Shown in pieces: positions 45,952 through 55,822 of a DNA stretch of 64,000 nt. Below the pieces are notes generated by a model. It made no database searches. It was not told the origin of the DNA and worked only from the letters and a program-made list of their open reading frames with translations. The stretch comes from an uncultured Halanaerobiales bacterium. Lineage in GTDB: Bacteria > Bacillota > Halanaerobiia > Halanaerobiales > M55B127. Position numbers and translations under genes: made by a program. Location of the stretch: assembly GCA_964430875.1 (NCBI GenBank), contig CAYSHP010000007.1:1736-65735 (forward strand). Reading direction: 5' to 3'. Each line of letters opens with the position of its first letter. Position 1 is the stretch's first letter.

Positions 45952-46043
45952 CAAATTCCCTCCTTATTAATGATAAGTCTTAATTTAGATAAATATTGAA
46001 GATAATCTTACACTTATTTTCCCTTTTAACACCTCCTCTTAAA

Positions 46044-47759
46044 TTAATCGCCTACTCCTAGGGAAACAAATTTATTCTCATCAATATCAAATAAACCTTG
46101 GTCAGTTATTTTTAAAGAAGGAATTACTGGTAAAGCCATGAAAGACAAGGTCATAATGGGACTCTGACGAGTTACCCCCATCGAATATACCTTTTCTTTC
46201 ATCTTCTTTAATTTTTTTGCTACTTCAGGTATTGAATCTTTAGACATCAAACCGGCAATTTCTAAAGAAAGACAGTCTAATAGTTTACCATCTTCAACTA
46301 CAGCAATACCACCCTGTAATTTCTCTATTTCTTTGACTGCTTTATACATATCTTTTGAATTTAAGCCAACCACAATAATATTATGTGAATCATGGCCAAT
46401 AGAAATAGCTATTGCTCCTTTACGGAGTCCAAAACCTTTGAGTAATCCTAAACCAACATTCCCGGTTTTTTTATGTCTTTCAACTACAGCTATTTTTACT
46501 AAGTTATTAGCAACTAAATCATCAATTTTTACTTTCTCATCAAATTTTATAATTTCTTTATCAGTTACTATTTGATCTTTTATTAAGCTCATCACACGAT
46601 ACTCTTTAAAATCGGGTAAATTGAAGTCCTGTTTTTTTAACTTACCAATATTAACTGATTTAAATATTTTTTCCGATTTTCCTTCTTTTATTTCAGGTAA
46701 ATTTACAATTAAGCTCTCATTTTCTGCTACAAGTCGACCATCTTTAAAGACTTTTTCTATATTAAAGTCTTTTAGATTATCAAGAATAACTAAATCTGCT
46801 TTATAGCCAGGCGCAATCGCACCCACATTATTTAAACCCAAAGCCTTAGCAGAATTAATAGTCGCTAATTTGATAGCCCTTAACGGTGAGATACCATTTT
46901 GAATTGCCTTTTTGATCACAAAGTTAATATGACCGTTTTCATATAAGTCTTCAGGGTCCCTGTCATCTGTGGCAAATAAAAATCTAGATAAATTACTATT
47001 ATTTACAGCCGGTAGTAAGTTCACGAGATCTCGTGTTACTGAGCCCTCTCTGATCATAACATACATACCCTTTGTTACTTTTTCAATTGCTTCCTCAGGT
47101 TCAGTACATTCATGATCTGCCATTATACCCCCAAGCAGATAAGCATTAAGTGCTTTGCCGCTGACCCCAGGGGCGTGCCCATCGATGAATTTATCACCAA
47201 TCATATCTATTTTTCCCCAAATGTTTTTATCTCCTTTGATCACTCCAACAAAATCCATTACTTCACCTAAACCAAAGATCCCTTCTTTGTCTTTAAGTTT
47301 AGCTAATTTATCGGCTGTTAACACAGCTCCAGAAGTTTCATTAGAGGTAGCAGGTACACAGGAGGGAAGCATTAAATTAAAGTTCCAGGGTAGCTTTGTC
47401 CCGCGGTCTAGAAAATATTTGATTCCATCTAAACCCGCTACATTAGCAATTTCATGTGGATCTGCAAACACAGTTGTGGTGCCTCTTGGCACTATCCAAG
47501 CTGCAAATTCATCCACTCTAACCATAGCACTTTCAAAATGAAGGTGCCCATCTATAAAACCAGGTGCAATAATATTTTCTTCAAAATCAATCTCCTTTAC
47601 CCCTTCATAATCACCAATACCAATTATCTTACCATCTGCAATTGCAATATCTTCTCTAATTAAGCGTTCATTAAACACATCAACTATTCTTCCGTGCTTT
47701 AAGACTAATTCCGCGGGTATTTCACCCTTAGCCATTTTTAAAATTCTATTGTTAATCAA
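46044..47759 (-). CDS. ade: Adenine deaminase
   Basis: 571 aa. PGFIDGHLHFES, DPHEIANV, DGHAPG and HDSHNIIVVG motifs. Confidence 0.9.
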   Translation of the reverse strand: MINNRILKMAKGEIPAELVLKHGRIVDVFNERLIREDIAIADGKIIGIGDYEGVKEIDFEENIIAPGFIDGHLHFESAMVRVDEFAAWIVPRGTTTVFADPHEIANVAGLDGIKYFLDRGTKLPWNFNLMLPSCVPATSNETSGAVLTADKLAKLKDKEGIFGLGEVMDFVGVIKGDKNIWGKIDMIGDKFIDGHAPGVSGKALNAYLLGGIMADHECTEPEEAIEKVTKGMYVMIREGSVTRDLVNLLPAVNNSNLSRFLFATDDRDPEDLYENGHINFVIKKAIQNGISPLRAIKLATINSAKALGLNNVGAIAPGYKADLVILDNLKDFNIEKVFKDGRLVAENESLIVNLPEIKEGKSEKIFKSVNIGKLKKQDFNLPDFKEYRVMSLIKDQIVTDKEIIKFDEKVKIDDLVANNLVKIAVVERHKKTGNVGLGLLKGFGLRKGAIAISIGHDSHNIIVVGLNSKDMYKAVKEIEKLQGGIAVVEDGKLLDCLSLEIAGLMSKDSIPEVAKKLKKMKEKVYSMGVTRQSPIMTLSFMALPVIPSLKITDQGLFDIDENKFVSLGVGD

Positions 47760-47813
47760 TTTAATCCCTCCCTCCCTTATACTTATTATCTATTATATTC
47801 TTATATGTTTTAA

Positions 47814-48902
47814 TTACTCTAATTTTAATGCACCAAAGTTACAACGGGTGATACATAGTCCACAGCCTGCACATTTATCAGGATCGATGACAATATAGTC
47901 TCTACTTTCATTATATGAAATAGCATCATATACACAACTGGTGATACATAAGCCACAAGTGGTACAGTTTTCTTCAATTACTGTTGGTACAACTGTATTA
48001 AAGTTAGCTTCTTCTTTAACCACCTGAGCAGTTAAACCTTTAATATCATTTACACTTTCATATCCATTTTCATCTAAGAATTTATTTAATTCTTCATTTA
48101 TTTTCTTATAGACACTAGGACCATTTACAATAGCTTCTGTACAAACCTGTACAGCAGATGCTCCAGCCATAAACATCTTGGCAGCTCTTAAGCCGCTATC
48201 AATACCACCTACACCAATAACAGGAATATCAACATTATTGGAGGCTTGGTAAACTGCTCTTAAGGCCAGTGGGAATATAGCTTCACCTGATAGCCAGCCA
48301 AATCCATTGTCACTACCCATTACTGGTTTTCCAGTTTTGGGATCAATATCTAAGGTTGGGCCAAAGGAATTAATCAATACAATACCATCTGCACCAGCTT
48401 CTTCAGCCGCTTTAGCAAATTCTGGTATGTCAATTCCCGGACTTAATTTAACGAAAACTGGAATATCGACTTCATCTTTAGCTGCTTTAATACTTTCTTC
48501 CATGGGAGTTGTGTCATCACCTAAATAGTGAGTAGAAAGTTCTAAAGCATCTGCATACTTTTCTACCTTTTTAGCTAACTCTCTAATTTGATCTTTTGTA
48601 TAACCAATACCTGCTATAACGGGTAAGCCTAATTCTCTAATCACAGGATATTCCTCTTCTAGCCAATGTTCTGGAGTTAGTTCGGACCATAGTTCAGTAT
48701 TTAAGAAACCACCTTTTATTCTAGCCATGTTTGGTCTCGGTACTTTAGCAGCCGTAGTAGAGATAGTCTTTGTAACGATTGCACCAGCCCCACCATTTTT
48801 GGCTCTTTTTGCTGCTTTTGCATCTTTAACTGGCGGACCGGCCGCCGGCATAACGGGATTATCTAATTCAATTCCTGCAAATTCTACTTTTAAATCAGCC
48901 AT
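47814..48902 (-). CDS. DHOD/DPD-like FMN oxidoreductase with C-terminal 2x[4Fe-4S] ferredoxin domain (PreA-like)
   Basis: ATG at 48902 (RBS GAGGAGTG). The TIM-barrel DHOD family N-terminus reads FAGIELDNPVMPAAGP. C-terminal CTTCGLCITSC and CAGCGLCITRC motifs. Confidence 0.85.
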   Translation of the reverse strand: MADLKVEFAGIELDNPVMPAAGPPVKDAKAAKRAKNGGAGAIVTKTISTTAAKVPRPNMARIKGGFLNTELWSELTPEHWLEEEYPVIRELGLPVIAGIGYTKDQIRELAKKVEKYADALELSTHYLGDDTTPMEESIKAAKDEVDIPVFVKLSPGIDIPEFAKAAEEAGADGIVLINSFGPTLDIDPKTGKPVMGSDNGFGWLSGEAIFPLALRAVYQASNNVDIPVIGVGGIDSGLRAAKMFMAGASAVQVCTEAIVNGPSVYKKINEELNKFLDENGYESVNDIKGLTAQVVKEEANFNTVVPTVIEENCTTCGLCITSCVYDAISYNESRDYIVIDPDKCAGCGLCITRCNFGALKLE

Positions 48903-48907
48903 CAATA

Positions 48908-49486
48908 TCACTCCTCATTTTTATTAATTTTCATAATTGTCTTTCTTAATTCTTGATAAATATCTTCAAAAACAGATTCATGGTTTTTTTCTTTAACCCT
49001 ATACATACTTATATCATTTCTGCTTCTTATCTTATCTAAAAACTTGTTATGCTCATCTTTGATTACAGCCAATACTGGTTTTTTACTGTCCATAATTTCA
49101 AACACTTTTTCTTGAAATTTTAAAGCCTTCAGCTCAAACCTCCCAAGTTCATCCATGACTAATATATCTCGAAATTTGCTTCCAATTTCTAAAAACTGAA
49201 CTCCTTTATCATCAAAAACCTCGGGATTAACTTGCCAATCTTGGGAAGGATGGTCTCTTTTCGCAAAAATCTGACATTTCTTTTTAAACCCTGCTGAATC
49301 TTTTCCCTGCCAATGGTAATAGTAATCCAGAGGATCTGTTAGGTAAAAACTTAACCACTGATTTATATTGCCTGTTCGACCTACTACAAATCCTCCGGGT
49401 TTTAGATTCAATTTATCTAAAATTCTTTTTACAATAGTACTTTTACCGACATACTTATCTCCGGTAATCAATATATTGTTTGGCAT
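48908..49486 (-). CDS. P-loop NTPase, THEP1/PF03266-like
   Basis: 192 aa. ILITGDKYVGKST (Walker A) and ILVMDELGRFEL (Walker B region) parallel Aquifex THEP1 (IIITGEPGVGKTT, IIIDEIGKMEL) as I remember it. The start overlaps the Mo-subunit stop. Confidence 0.7.
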   Translation of the reverse strand: MPNNILITGDKYVGKSTIVKRILDKLNLKPGGFVVGRTGNINQWLSFYLTDPLDYYYHWQGKDSAGFKKKCQIFAKRDHPSQDWQVNPEVFDDKGVQFLEIGSKFRDILVMDELGRFELKALKFQEKVFEIMDSKKPVLAVIKDEHNKFLDKIRSRNDISMYRVKEKNHESVFEDIYQELRKTIMKINKNEE

Positions 49487-50475
49487 TAATTATTTTTTTC
49501 CTCTAATGCATCTAATATTTTTTCTGGTGTAATCGGTAGACTTTTAATTCTAACACCGATTGCATCATAAACTGCATTTGCCACGGCAGGACTAGCAGCA
49601 ATTAAAGTAGGTTCACCTACTCCTTTAGAGCCAAAAGGTCCATCAGAATCTTTATTTTCAATTAAGGTACTTTCAAACTCGGGAATATCTTTAATACTGG
49701 GAACCAGGTAATTAGTCATATCGGCATTTAAGGTAATACCATCTTTAATCACTTGATCTTCCATTAAAGCCATACCTAATCCCTGAACTGTACCACCTTC
49801 AATTTGACCGTGTACATTTTGCGGATTAATAGCTTTTCCTACATCTAAAGCCGTATAGACATTCATTACTTCAATAATACCAGTATCGGTATCTACTTCT
49901 ATATCCATCACCTGAGTCATAAAAGTATAGGCTACATAGTTTTTCTCAGTTTGGCCTGTTTTCTTATCAGGGGCATAAGTTTTAGGAAAAAAGCTTGCTT
50001 CAGCACTCAGTTTTTTTCCTTTTTCTTCAATTATGTCTGCTAATTGCCAATAAGTTATCTTTTTATCCTCATCACAAGCGTATAATTCACCCTCCTTAAC
50101 AGTTAATTCTGGATGGTTACTGTTAAAATAAAGGCTGCCATGGTGATAGATTTTACCCATAACTTCTTCGGCCGCTTCTCTTACTGCATTACCGGAAAAG
50201 AAGGTTTGTCTACTAGCAGAAGTAGAACCGGAATTTTTTGCATTGTGAGTATCCTGACCGACAATTTCAATATAGGAAGGATCTATTTTTAAGACTTCCG
50301 CAGCAATCTGAATCATTGTTGTTAAAAAGCCTTGACCCATATCTGCACCAGCTGTTCTTAATTTAATCTTCTTGTCTGGGGTGATTTCTATTTCAGCAAT
50401 GGAATGATCGGGAAAACCCTCACCATATCCAAAGCCGAACATTATTGAGGCCATACCTCTTCCTTTTTTTCTCAT
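49486..50475 (-). CDS. Molybdenum hydroxylase, C-terminal half of the Mo-pterin subunit (NdhM-like)
   Basis: 329 aa. Aligns to residues about 440-765 of the full-length paralogue at 57168..59465 and contains GVGEPTL. It has an ATGA overlap with the N-terminal half and a GGGAGGGGGAG RBS. Confidence 0.9.
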   Translation of the reverse strand: MRKKGRGMASIMFGFGYGEGFPDHSIAEIEITPDKKIKLRTAGADMGQGFLTTMIQIAAEVLKIDPSYIEIVGQDTHNAKNSGSTSASRQTFFSGNAVREAAEEVMGKIYHHGSLYFNSNHPELTVKEGELYACDEDKKITYWQLADIIEEKGKKLSAEASFFPKTYAPDKKTGQTEKNYVAYTFMTQVMDIEVDTDTGIIEVMNVYTALDVGKAINPQNVHGQIEGGTVQGLGMALMEDQVIKDGITLNADMTNYLVPSIKDIPEFESTLIENKDSDGPFGSKGVGEPTLIAASPAVANAVYDAIGVRIKSLPITPEKILDALEEKNN

Positions 50476-51791
50476 TTGTTAATCTCCCCCTCCCATTTCG
50501 ACAGATTAATTGCTTCTTCTATTGTTCTTTTAGTATTTACACTTTTCCCTAACATCTGACCATTGGGAGTAATTGAACCGGTATCATAAGCATTTTGATA
50601 TCTAAATTGAGCAGGATCCATATTTAACTTCTGAGCAATTATATCAATTTGTGATTCATAAGCAAATGCCATCTGGGTTGTACCAAAACCGCGCATAGCA
50701 CCACCATAGGTGTTATTGGTATAAACTGCATAAGAAGTACCACGTACATTGGATACATTATATGGACCTGTACAGTGATACATTCCTTTATGAACTACAG
50801 CCGGGCCACTAGAAGCATAAGCTCCGGTATCTCCGATTACAAATACCTGCCAGGCAGTTAGATATCCATCATTTGTTACACCTGTCTTAGCTCTAATGGT
50901 AAGAGGGTGTCTTTTTGATTGAGAAATCATTGATTCTTCTCTTGTATATTCTAATTTAACCGGTCTATTTACACGCATTGCTGCTAAAGCAAGGTGAATA
51001 TGAACTGAAACATCTTCTTTTTTACCAAAAGCTCCCCCAATTGCAGCATTTATTATTCTAATCTTATCTTTCGACATATTTAAAGATTGAGCAACATCAG
51101 CTTGGGTATCATGTAACCACTGAGAAGCAGTCCAAATCTTTATTTCACCAGATTTTTCATCATAGACTGCATAGCCTGCCTCATTTTGTATAGGAAGTTG
51201 GTCGATATGTTGAGTCTGATAATCGTTTTTTACTATAAAATCAGCTTCTTCAAACCCTTTATCTACATCACCTTTTTCTAGATGATGATCAACTAAGATA
51301 TTTTTGCGGTTTACATCGGGACTTAAATATTCTGTACATAAATCATCTAAATCCTCATGAATGGCAGGAGCGTCTTTTTCGATGGCTCGATGTGCGTTAT
51401 CAATAACTTCTAATTTTTCTACTTCTACTTCGATTTTTTCTCTTGCTTTTAAGGCAGCTTCGGCTGTTTCAGCTACAACTATGGCTAAAGCATCTCCCAT
51501 AAATCTCATTTTTTCACCAATTTTAATTAAAACAGGTTGGTCTTTAATGATTAGACCAAATTTATTGAGATCTGGGTAGTCTGCTTCTGTAATGATATCT
51601 ACGACGCCCTTAACTTTCTTAGCCTTACTAATATCTAAATCTTTTAAAATCGCATGAGGATAAGTTGCTCTTTTGACTTTAACATGTAAATAATCATCAA
51701 ACTTTAAATCAGATGGGTAATTAGCTTGTCCGGTGACTTTATCCTTTGCATCTACTTTTAAGATGTCTTCTCCTACATATCTTTTAGACAT
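50472..51791 (-). CDS. Molybdenum hydroxylase, N-terminal half of the Mo-pterin subunit (NdhL-like)
   Basis: The start is moved to ATG at 51791, giving MSKRYVGEDILKVDAKDKVTG. Contains GGAFGKKE and GGAMRGFG motifs. Confidence 0.9.
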   Translation of the reverse strand: MSKRYVGEDILKVDAKDKVTGQANYPSDLKFDDYLHVKVKRATYPHAILKDLDISKAKKVKGVVDIITEADYPDLNKFGLIIKDQPVLIKIGEKMRFMGDALAIVVAETAEAALKAREKIEVEVEKLEVIDNAHRAIEKDAPAIHEDLDDLCTEYLSPDVNRKNILVDHHLEKGDVDKGFEEADFIVKNDYQTQHIDQLPIQNEAGYAVYDEKSGEIKIWTASQWLHDTQADVAQSLNMSKDKIRIINAAIGGAFGKKEDVSVHIHLALAAMRVNRPVKLEYTREESMISQSKRHPLTIRAKTGVTNDGYLTAWQVFVIGDTGAYASSGPAVVHKGMYHCTGPYNVSNVRGTSYAVYTNNTYGGAMRGFGTTQMAFAYESQIDIIAQKLNMDPAQFRYQNAYDTGSITPNGQMLGKSVNTKRTIEEAINLSKWEGEINK

Positions 51792-52266
51792 TATCTTCAC
51801 CCCCACTTTGCATCTTGTGGGATGCCTCTTTGACAGCATCAACTATCTTGACATATCCGGTACATCTACATATATTACCGGATAAACCTCTTTTGATTTC
51901 TTCATCACCTGGATTTATATTATCATCGAGTAACTTTTTGCTGGACATAATCATTCCGGGTATACAAAAACCACACTGTACTGCCCCGGTTTCAATAAAG
52001 GACTGCTGGATTGGGTGTAACTTCTCTTTATCTCCTAATCCTTCTACAGTCTGTATCTCAGCACCATCAGCCTGGGGAGCTAATACCAGACAAGAAGCTA
52101 CCACTTTATTATTCATGATTACTGTACAAGCACCACATTCACCTTTTCCACAACCTTCTTTAGTTCCTGTTAGTCCAAGATCTTCTCTTAAAAGGTCTAG
52201 TAAGCGGGTATGTGGTTTAACATCTACTTCTCTTTTTTGACCATTAACTGTTAATTTAATTTTCAT
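51784..52266 (-). CDS. Molybdenum hydroxylase [2Fe-2S] subunit
   Basis: 160 aa. CGKGECGACTV and CGFCIPG..CRCTGY. Confidence 0.95.
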   Translation of the reverse strand: MKIKLTVNGQKREVDVKPHTRLLDLLREDLGLTGTKEGCGKGECGACTVIMNNKVVASCLVLAPQADGAEIQTVEGLGDKEKLHPIQQSFIETGAVQCGFCIPGMIMSSKKLLDDNINPGDEEIKRGLSGNICRCTGYVKIVDAVKEASHKMQSGGEDNV

Positions 52267-53168
52267 TGGTTAATCACCTCATTTAGGGCACTTTTAGTTA
52301 TATTAAAAGCGACCTGTCTGCGGTATTTAGCTGTACCTCTAATATCATCAATCGGTGATATTTTATCTGAAACTATCTGTGCTATTTCTTCTATATTTAC
52401 ATTATTAATTTTTTTGGCAAGTAATTCATCTTCTGCTTTTTTAATTCTAAGTGGTGTTGGAGCAGCTGAACCCACACATATTCTACTTTCTTTAATTTTT
52501 TTATCTTCATCAAACACAATATTAAAAGCTAAACTTATTGATGAAATAACGAGGGCTTTTCTTTTACCTACTTTAACCCAGGCCCCTCTGTACATTTCAT
52601 CTCTTAAAGGAAGAATTATTTTTTCAACAATTTCTCCCTTTTTTAATACATTTTTCTTGGGCCCTGTAAAAAATTCATTGGCATCTACAATACGTTCCCC
52701 ATCTTTTGAAATCAGTTTTAATTTAGCATTATAGACTAAAAGGGGTGGTAGTAAATCACCGGCTGGTGATGATGTAACAATATTCCCACCAATAGTACCC
52801 CTACTTCTAATCTGGGGTGAACCGACATCAGCCGCTGCCTGTTGAATGACAGGGAAAAGTTCTTTGATCTTATCTAATTTATAGAGTCTTTCATGAGTGA
52901 CCATAGAACCAATTTCGACCTTATCATCATAAATCTTGATCTCTTTAAATTCACTTACCCAGTTTAAATCGAGCCATCTATCAACTTTATATAGATTATT
53001 ATAATGTTCAACTAAAAGATCAGTACCTCCCGCTATTACGGTAAGGGCATCCTCATAATCTCTCAATACCTGCATTAATCCTTCTTTTGTTTGTGGCCTA
53101 AAGTAACTGTTAAAATCTTCTCCAGAAGTCTTTGGCCTGTTGTTTGCATTTTTTGATTGTTTTTTCAT
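52263..53168 (-). CDS. Molybdenum hydroxylase FAD-binding subunit
   Basis: 301 aa. IAGGTDLLV and TIGGNI motifs. The only in-frame start gives a 59-nt overlap with ssnA. Confidence 0.88.
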   Translation of the reverse strand: MKKQSKNANNRPKTSGEDFNSYFRPQTKEGLMQVLRDYEDALTVIAGGTDLLVEHYNNLYKVDRWLDLNWVSEFKEIKIYDDKVEIGSMVTHERLYKLDKIKELFPVIQQAAADVGSPQIRSRGTIGGNIVTSSPAGDLLPPLLVYNAKLKLISKDGERIVDANEFFTGPKKNVLKKGEIVEKIILPLRDEMYRGAWVKVGKRKALVISSISLAFNIVFDEDKKIKESRICVGSAAPTPLRIKKAEDELLAKKINNVNIEEIAQIVSDKISPIDDIRGTAKYRRQVAFNITKSALNEVINQ

Positions 53169-54447
53169 AATCTAAAACTTTCACCTCCTGGTTTTCCATC
53201 AAAACATGTCCATTTACAATTGTACTATCAACTAAACCCCCATTGAAACCAAATAGGATATGGTAAAAATAATTTTCATCGGTTATCGGAGTCGGAGATT
53301 TATAATCTACAACTATAATATCAGCGGGCACATCTTTTTTAATAATACCTAACTCTTTATCAAAATATTGTTTTGCTATCTTTCGATTATTTTCAAAAGC
53401 AATTTTATTAATATCTTCTCCACCTAGATTAGGATCTAAATTGTTATGCTTTTGTAAAAGATCGGCAACATTGATACTTTCAAACATGTCTGTGGTATAA
53501 CCATCAGTACCAAGTCCTATTGTTAAATCCTTATCTAAAGCTTTTCTTAAGTTAATTGCACCTACTGCATTTCCCATATTGGATTCAGGGTTGTGGATTA
53601 AAAACACATTATTATCCGCAAGTATTTCATATTCACTTTCAGATAAATGTACTCCATGAATTGCCAGTGAATCTTCTCTTAATATATTTAACTTATCAAA
53701 ACGATCTGCTAGATTCTTATAACCGCGTTTTTTACTATCTTCTTCATCTACTTTGCCTTCAGCTGCATGAAAGTGTGTTGGTGTATTGGTGCTTTCAGCA
53801 AGTTCAGCAACCTCTCTTAAAGTTTTATCACTTAAAGTAAAGGAGGCATGTAGACCAATGGCGGGAGTAATAAAATCGCTATTTAGCTTCCTAGCACGCT
53901 TAATAAAACGCTCATTTTCTTTGATTGCCTGTTTTGCTTTTTGTTCACCATGACGGTCAGAAATCTCATAAGATAGACTGGTTCTAAGTTTAGACTTTAC
54001 AACTGCCTCTGAGATTATATCAAGACTGTTTTCGATATATCCATAACTTGCATGGTGGTCAAAAATAGTCGTTGTACCACTTCGTATACTTTCAACTAAA
54101 GCATATATCGTACTGTAATAGATATCTTCACTATTTAGGGTTTCATCTAAACGCCACCATAGTTTTTCTAATATTTCTTCAAAATTTTGTGGTGGTAGCT
54201 CGGTTTTTAAATCCATACCACGTGCAAAAGTACTGTAAAAATGCATATGAGAATTTATCATTCCAGGCATGATTACTTTACCTTTTACATCTTTAAAGTC
54301 TGCTTCCTGATATCTAACCTTTAAATTATCAGTTTTACCATAATCTTTTATAATACCTTCATCAATTAATACAGCACCATCATTAATAACAGGGTCATTT
54401 GAATTTAAGGTGATTAATACACCATTTCCATAAAGTTTCAAGTTCAA
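53110..54447 (-). CDS. ssnA: SsnA-type amidohydrolase (putative aminohydrolase of the purine cluster)
   Basis: 445 aa. SHMHFYS, LWWRLD, FDHHAS, HAAE, GTDG, YKSPTP and a C-terminal FWRRF parallel E. coli SsnA as I remember it. Confidence 0.85.
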   Translation of the reverse strand: MNLKLYGNGVLITLNSNDPVINDGAVLIDEGIIKDYGKTDNLKVRYQEADFKDVKGKVIMPGMINSHMHFYSTFARGMDLKTELPPQNFEEILEKLWWRLDETLNSEDIYYSTIYALVESIRSGTTTIFDHHASYGYIENSLDIISEAVVKSKLRTSLSYEISDRHGEQKAKQAIKENERFIKRARKLNSDFITPAIGLHASFTLSDKTLREVAELAESTNTPTHFHAAEGKVDEEDSKKRGYKNLADRFDKLNILREDSLAIHGVHLSESEYEILADNNVFLIHNPESNMGNAVGAINLRKALDKDLTIGLGTDGYTTDMFESINVADLLQKHNNLDPNLGGEDINKIAFENNRKIAKQYFDKELGIIKKDVPADIIVVDYKSPTPITDENYFYHILFGFNGGLVDSTIVNGHVLMENQEVKVLDYEKTIKKCKQQAKDFWRRF

Positions 54448-54453
54448 CCCTCC

Positions 54454-55821
54454 TTATTTACTTAAAAGATCTTGCGCAATCTGATTGTGTTTCTTTATTA
54501 CATTATATTCTTTAATAGTTGTTAATTCTCCTTTTCGAACTACAACTTTACCGTCCACTATATTGTAATCTACTTCTTGAGTAGTGCCTGTATTTACTAA
54601 TGCTTCAACCGGATCACTTTGCCCACCTGCAAAACCTAACCTATCACTTCTAACCATGAAAAGGTCAGCAGCTTTACCTTCTTCAATACTGCCTATTTCT
54701 GGTTGGTTAAGTACATCTCTACCTCCATTAGTGGCAATAGATAATACATCTTCAGAAGATATACTTTTAATACCATGAATCAATTTATGCAGTAGATAGG
54801 CAAGCTTTAACTCTAAAATCATATTAGAGGCATCATTACTAGCACTACCATCAACTGCTAGACTAACCGGTACATTCTTTTTAAGCATATACGGAATCTT
54901 AGCTGCTCCCGAAGATAACTTCATATTTGAAGCAGGGCAGTGGGAAACACCCGTACCTGTTTCGGCTAGTTTTACTATTTCAAATTCATTAAAATGCACT
55001 CCATGGGCAAACCAGACATCTTTACCAATCCAACCCCATTCTTCCATCAAATCTAAGGGTCTTTTACCAAAGGTATCAACACAGTATTGGTTTTCATCTT
55101 GAGTTTCAGCAAGATGAGTATGGCTTAATACATTGTTTTTTCTAGCCAATTTTATTGATTCAACCATTAGGTCTTCTGAAACAGAAAAAGGTGAACACGG
55201 TGCTAATACTACCCTCTGCATTGCATATTTGCTATCATCATGGAATTTATCAATTACTCTCTGGGAATCATTTAAGATTTCATCTTCACTTTGTACAACC
55301 GAAGCAGGTGGTAATCCACCATCTTCTTCACTTAACGACATACTACCCCTGCTACCATGAAATCTAATACCGATTTCTTTAGCAGCTTTAAACTGATAAT
55401 CCATTAAATTATCAGGTTGGCTTTCGGGAAAGACATAAAAATGATCCACACTGGTAGAACAACCTGTCTTTAAAAGTTCTGCTGATGCTAATAATGTACT
55501 ATAGTATACTGCTTCCGGTGTTAGGTTAGACCAGATTGGATAAAGGAATTTAAGCCAGTTAAACAGCTCAACTCCTTGTGCTTCAGGAATATTGCGGGTT
55601 AAGGTCTGGTAGAAGTGATGGTGGGTATTTATTAAGCCGGGAAAGGCGAAATAGTTCCCGGCTTCAATTATCTCATCAACTTCATCTTCGCCTATATCAA
55701 TATTATCATCAATTGTTTTTATTTTTTTATCTTCAATTAAGATATCAGTGTTTTTATAACGGTTTCTTTTTTCATCCATCGTGATTAACTCTTTAATGTC
55801 TCTAATTAAAATTTTAGACAT
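54454..55821 (-). CDS. COG0402 amidohydrolase, guanine/8-oxoguanine deaminase-like
   Basis: The start is moved to ATG at 55821 (GGAG inside the upstream stop region), giving MSKILIRD. Motifs: NTHHHFYQTLTR, HTHLAE, HGVH, AVDGSASND. Confidence 0.82.
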   Translation of the reverse strand: MSKILIRDIKELITMDEKRNRYKNTDILIEDKKIKTIDDNIDIGEDEVDEIIEAGNYFAFPGLINTHHHFYQTLTRNIPEAQGVELFNWLKFLYPIWSNLTPEAVYYSTLLASAELLKTGCSTSVDHFYVFPESQPDNLMDYQFKAAKEIGIRFHGSRGSMSLSEEDGGLPPASVVQSEDEILNDSQRVIDKFHDDSKYAMQRVVLAPCSPFSVSEDLMVESIKLARKNNVLSHTHLAETQDENQYCVDTFGKRPLDLMEEWGWIGKDVWFAHGVHFNEFEIVKLAETGTGVSHCPASNMKLSSGAAKIPYMLKKNVPVSLAVDGSASNDASNMILELKLAYLLHKLIHGIKSISSEDVLSIATNGGRDVLNQPEIGSIEEGKAADLFMVRSDRLGFAGGQSDPVEALVNTGTTQEVDYNIVDGKVVVRKGELTTIKEYNVIKKHNQIAQDLLSK

Positions 55822-55822
55822 T

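Noticed and set aside
45955-46043. AGAGGAGGTG followed by a possible 15-codon GTG ORF just after the adenine deaminase stop
   Set aside because: The SD-like sequence abuts the GTG with no spacer. The peptide has no features, and a second, properly spaced RBS serves the downstream permease.
49486-51842. The split Mo subunit as a frameshifted pseudogene
   Set aside because: Both halves align end-to-end with the full-length paralogue with nothing missing. The junction is an ATGA overlap preceded by a strong GGGAGGGGGAG RBS. The same split is known in characterised enzymes of this family.
51815-52240. 141-aa plus-strand ORF antisense to the Fe-S subunit gene. Similar long antisense ORFs occur at 32352-32753, 28752-29168, 47155-47541, 20394-20756, 2471-2836, 11634-11981 and other positions in the track.
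   Set aside because: Each lies entirely inside a well-supported gene on the opposite strand. They have low-complexity Ser/Leu/Phe/Ile-rich translations typical of shadow frames in AT-rich DNA, and no RBS.
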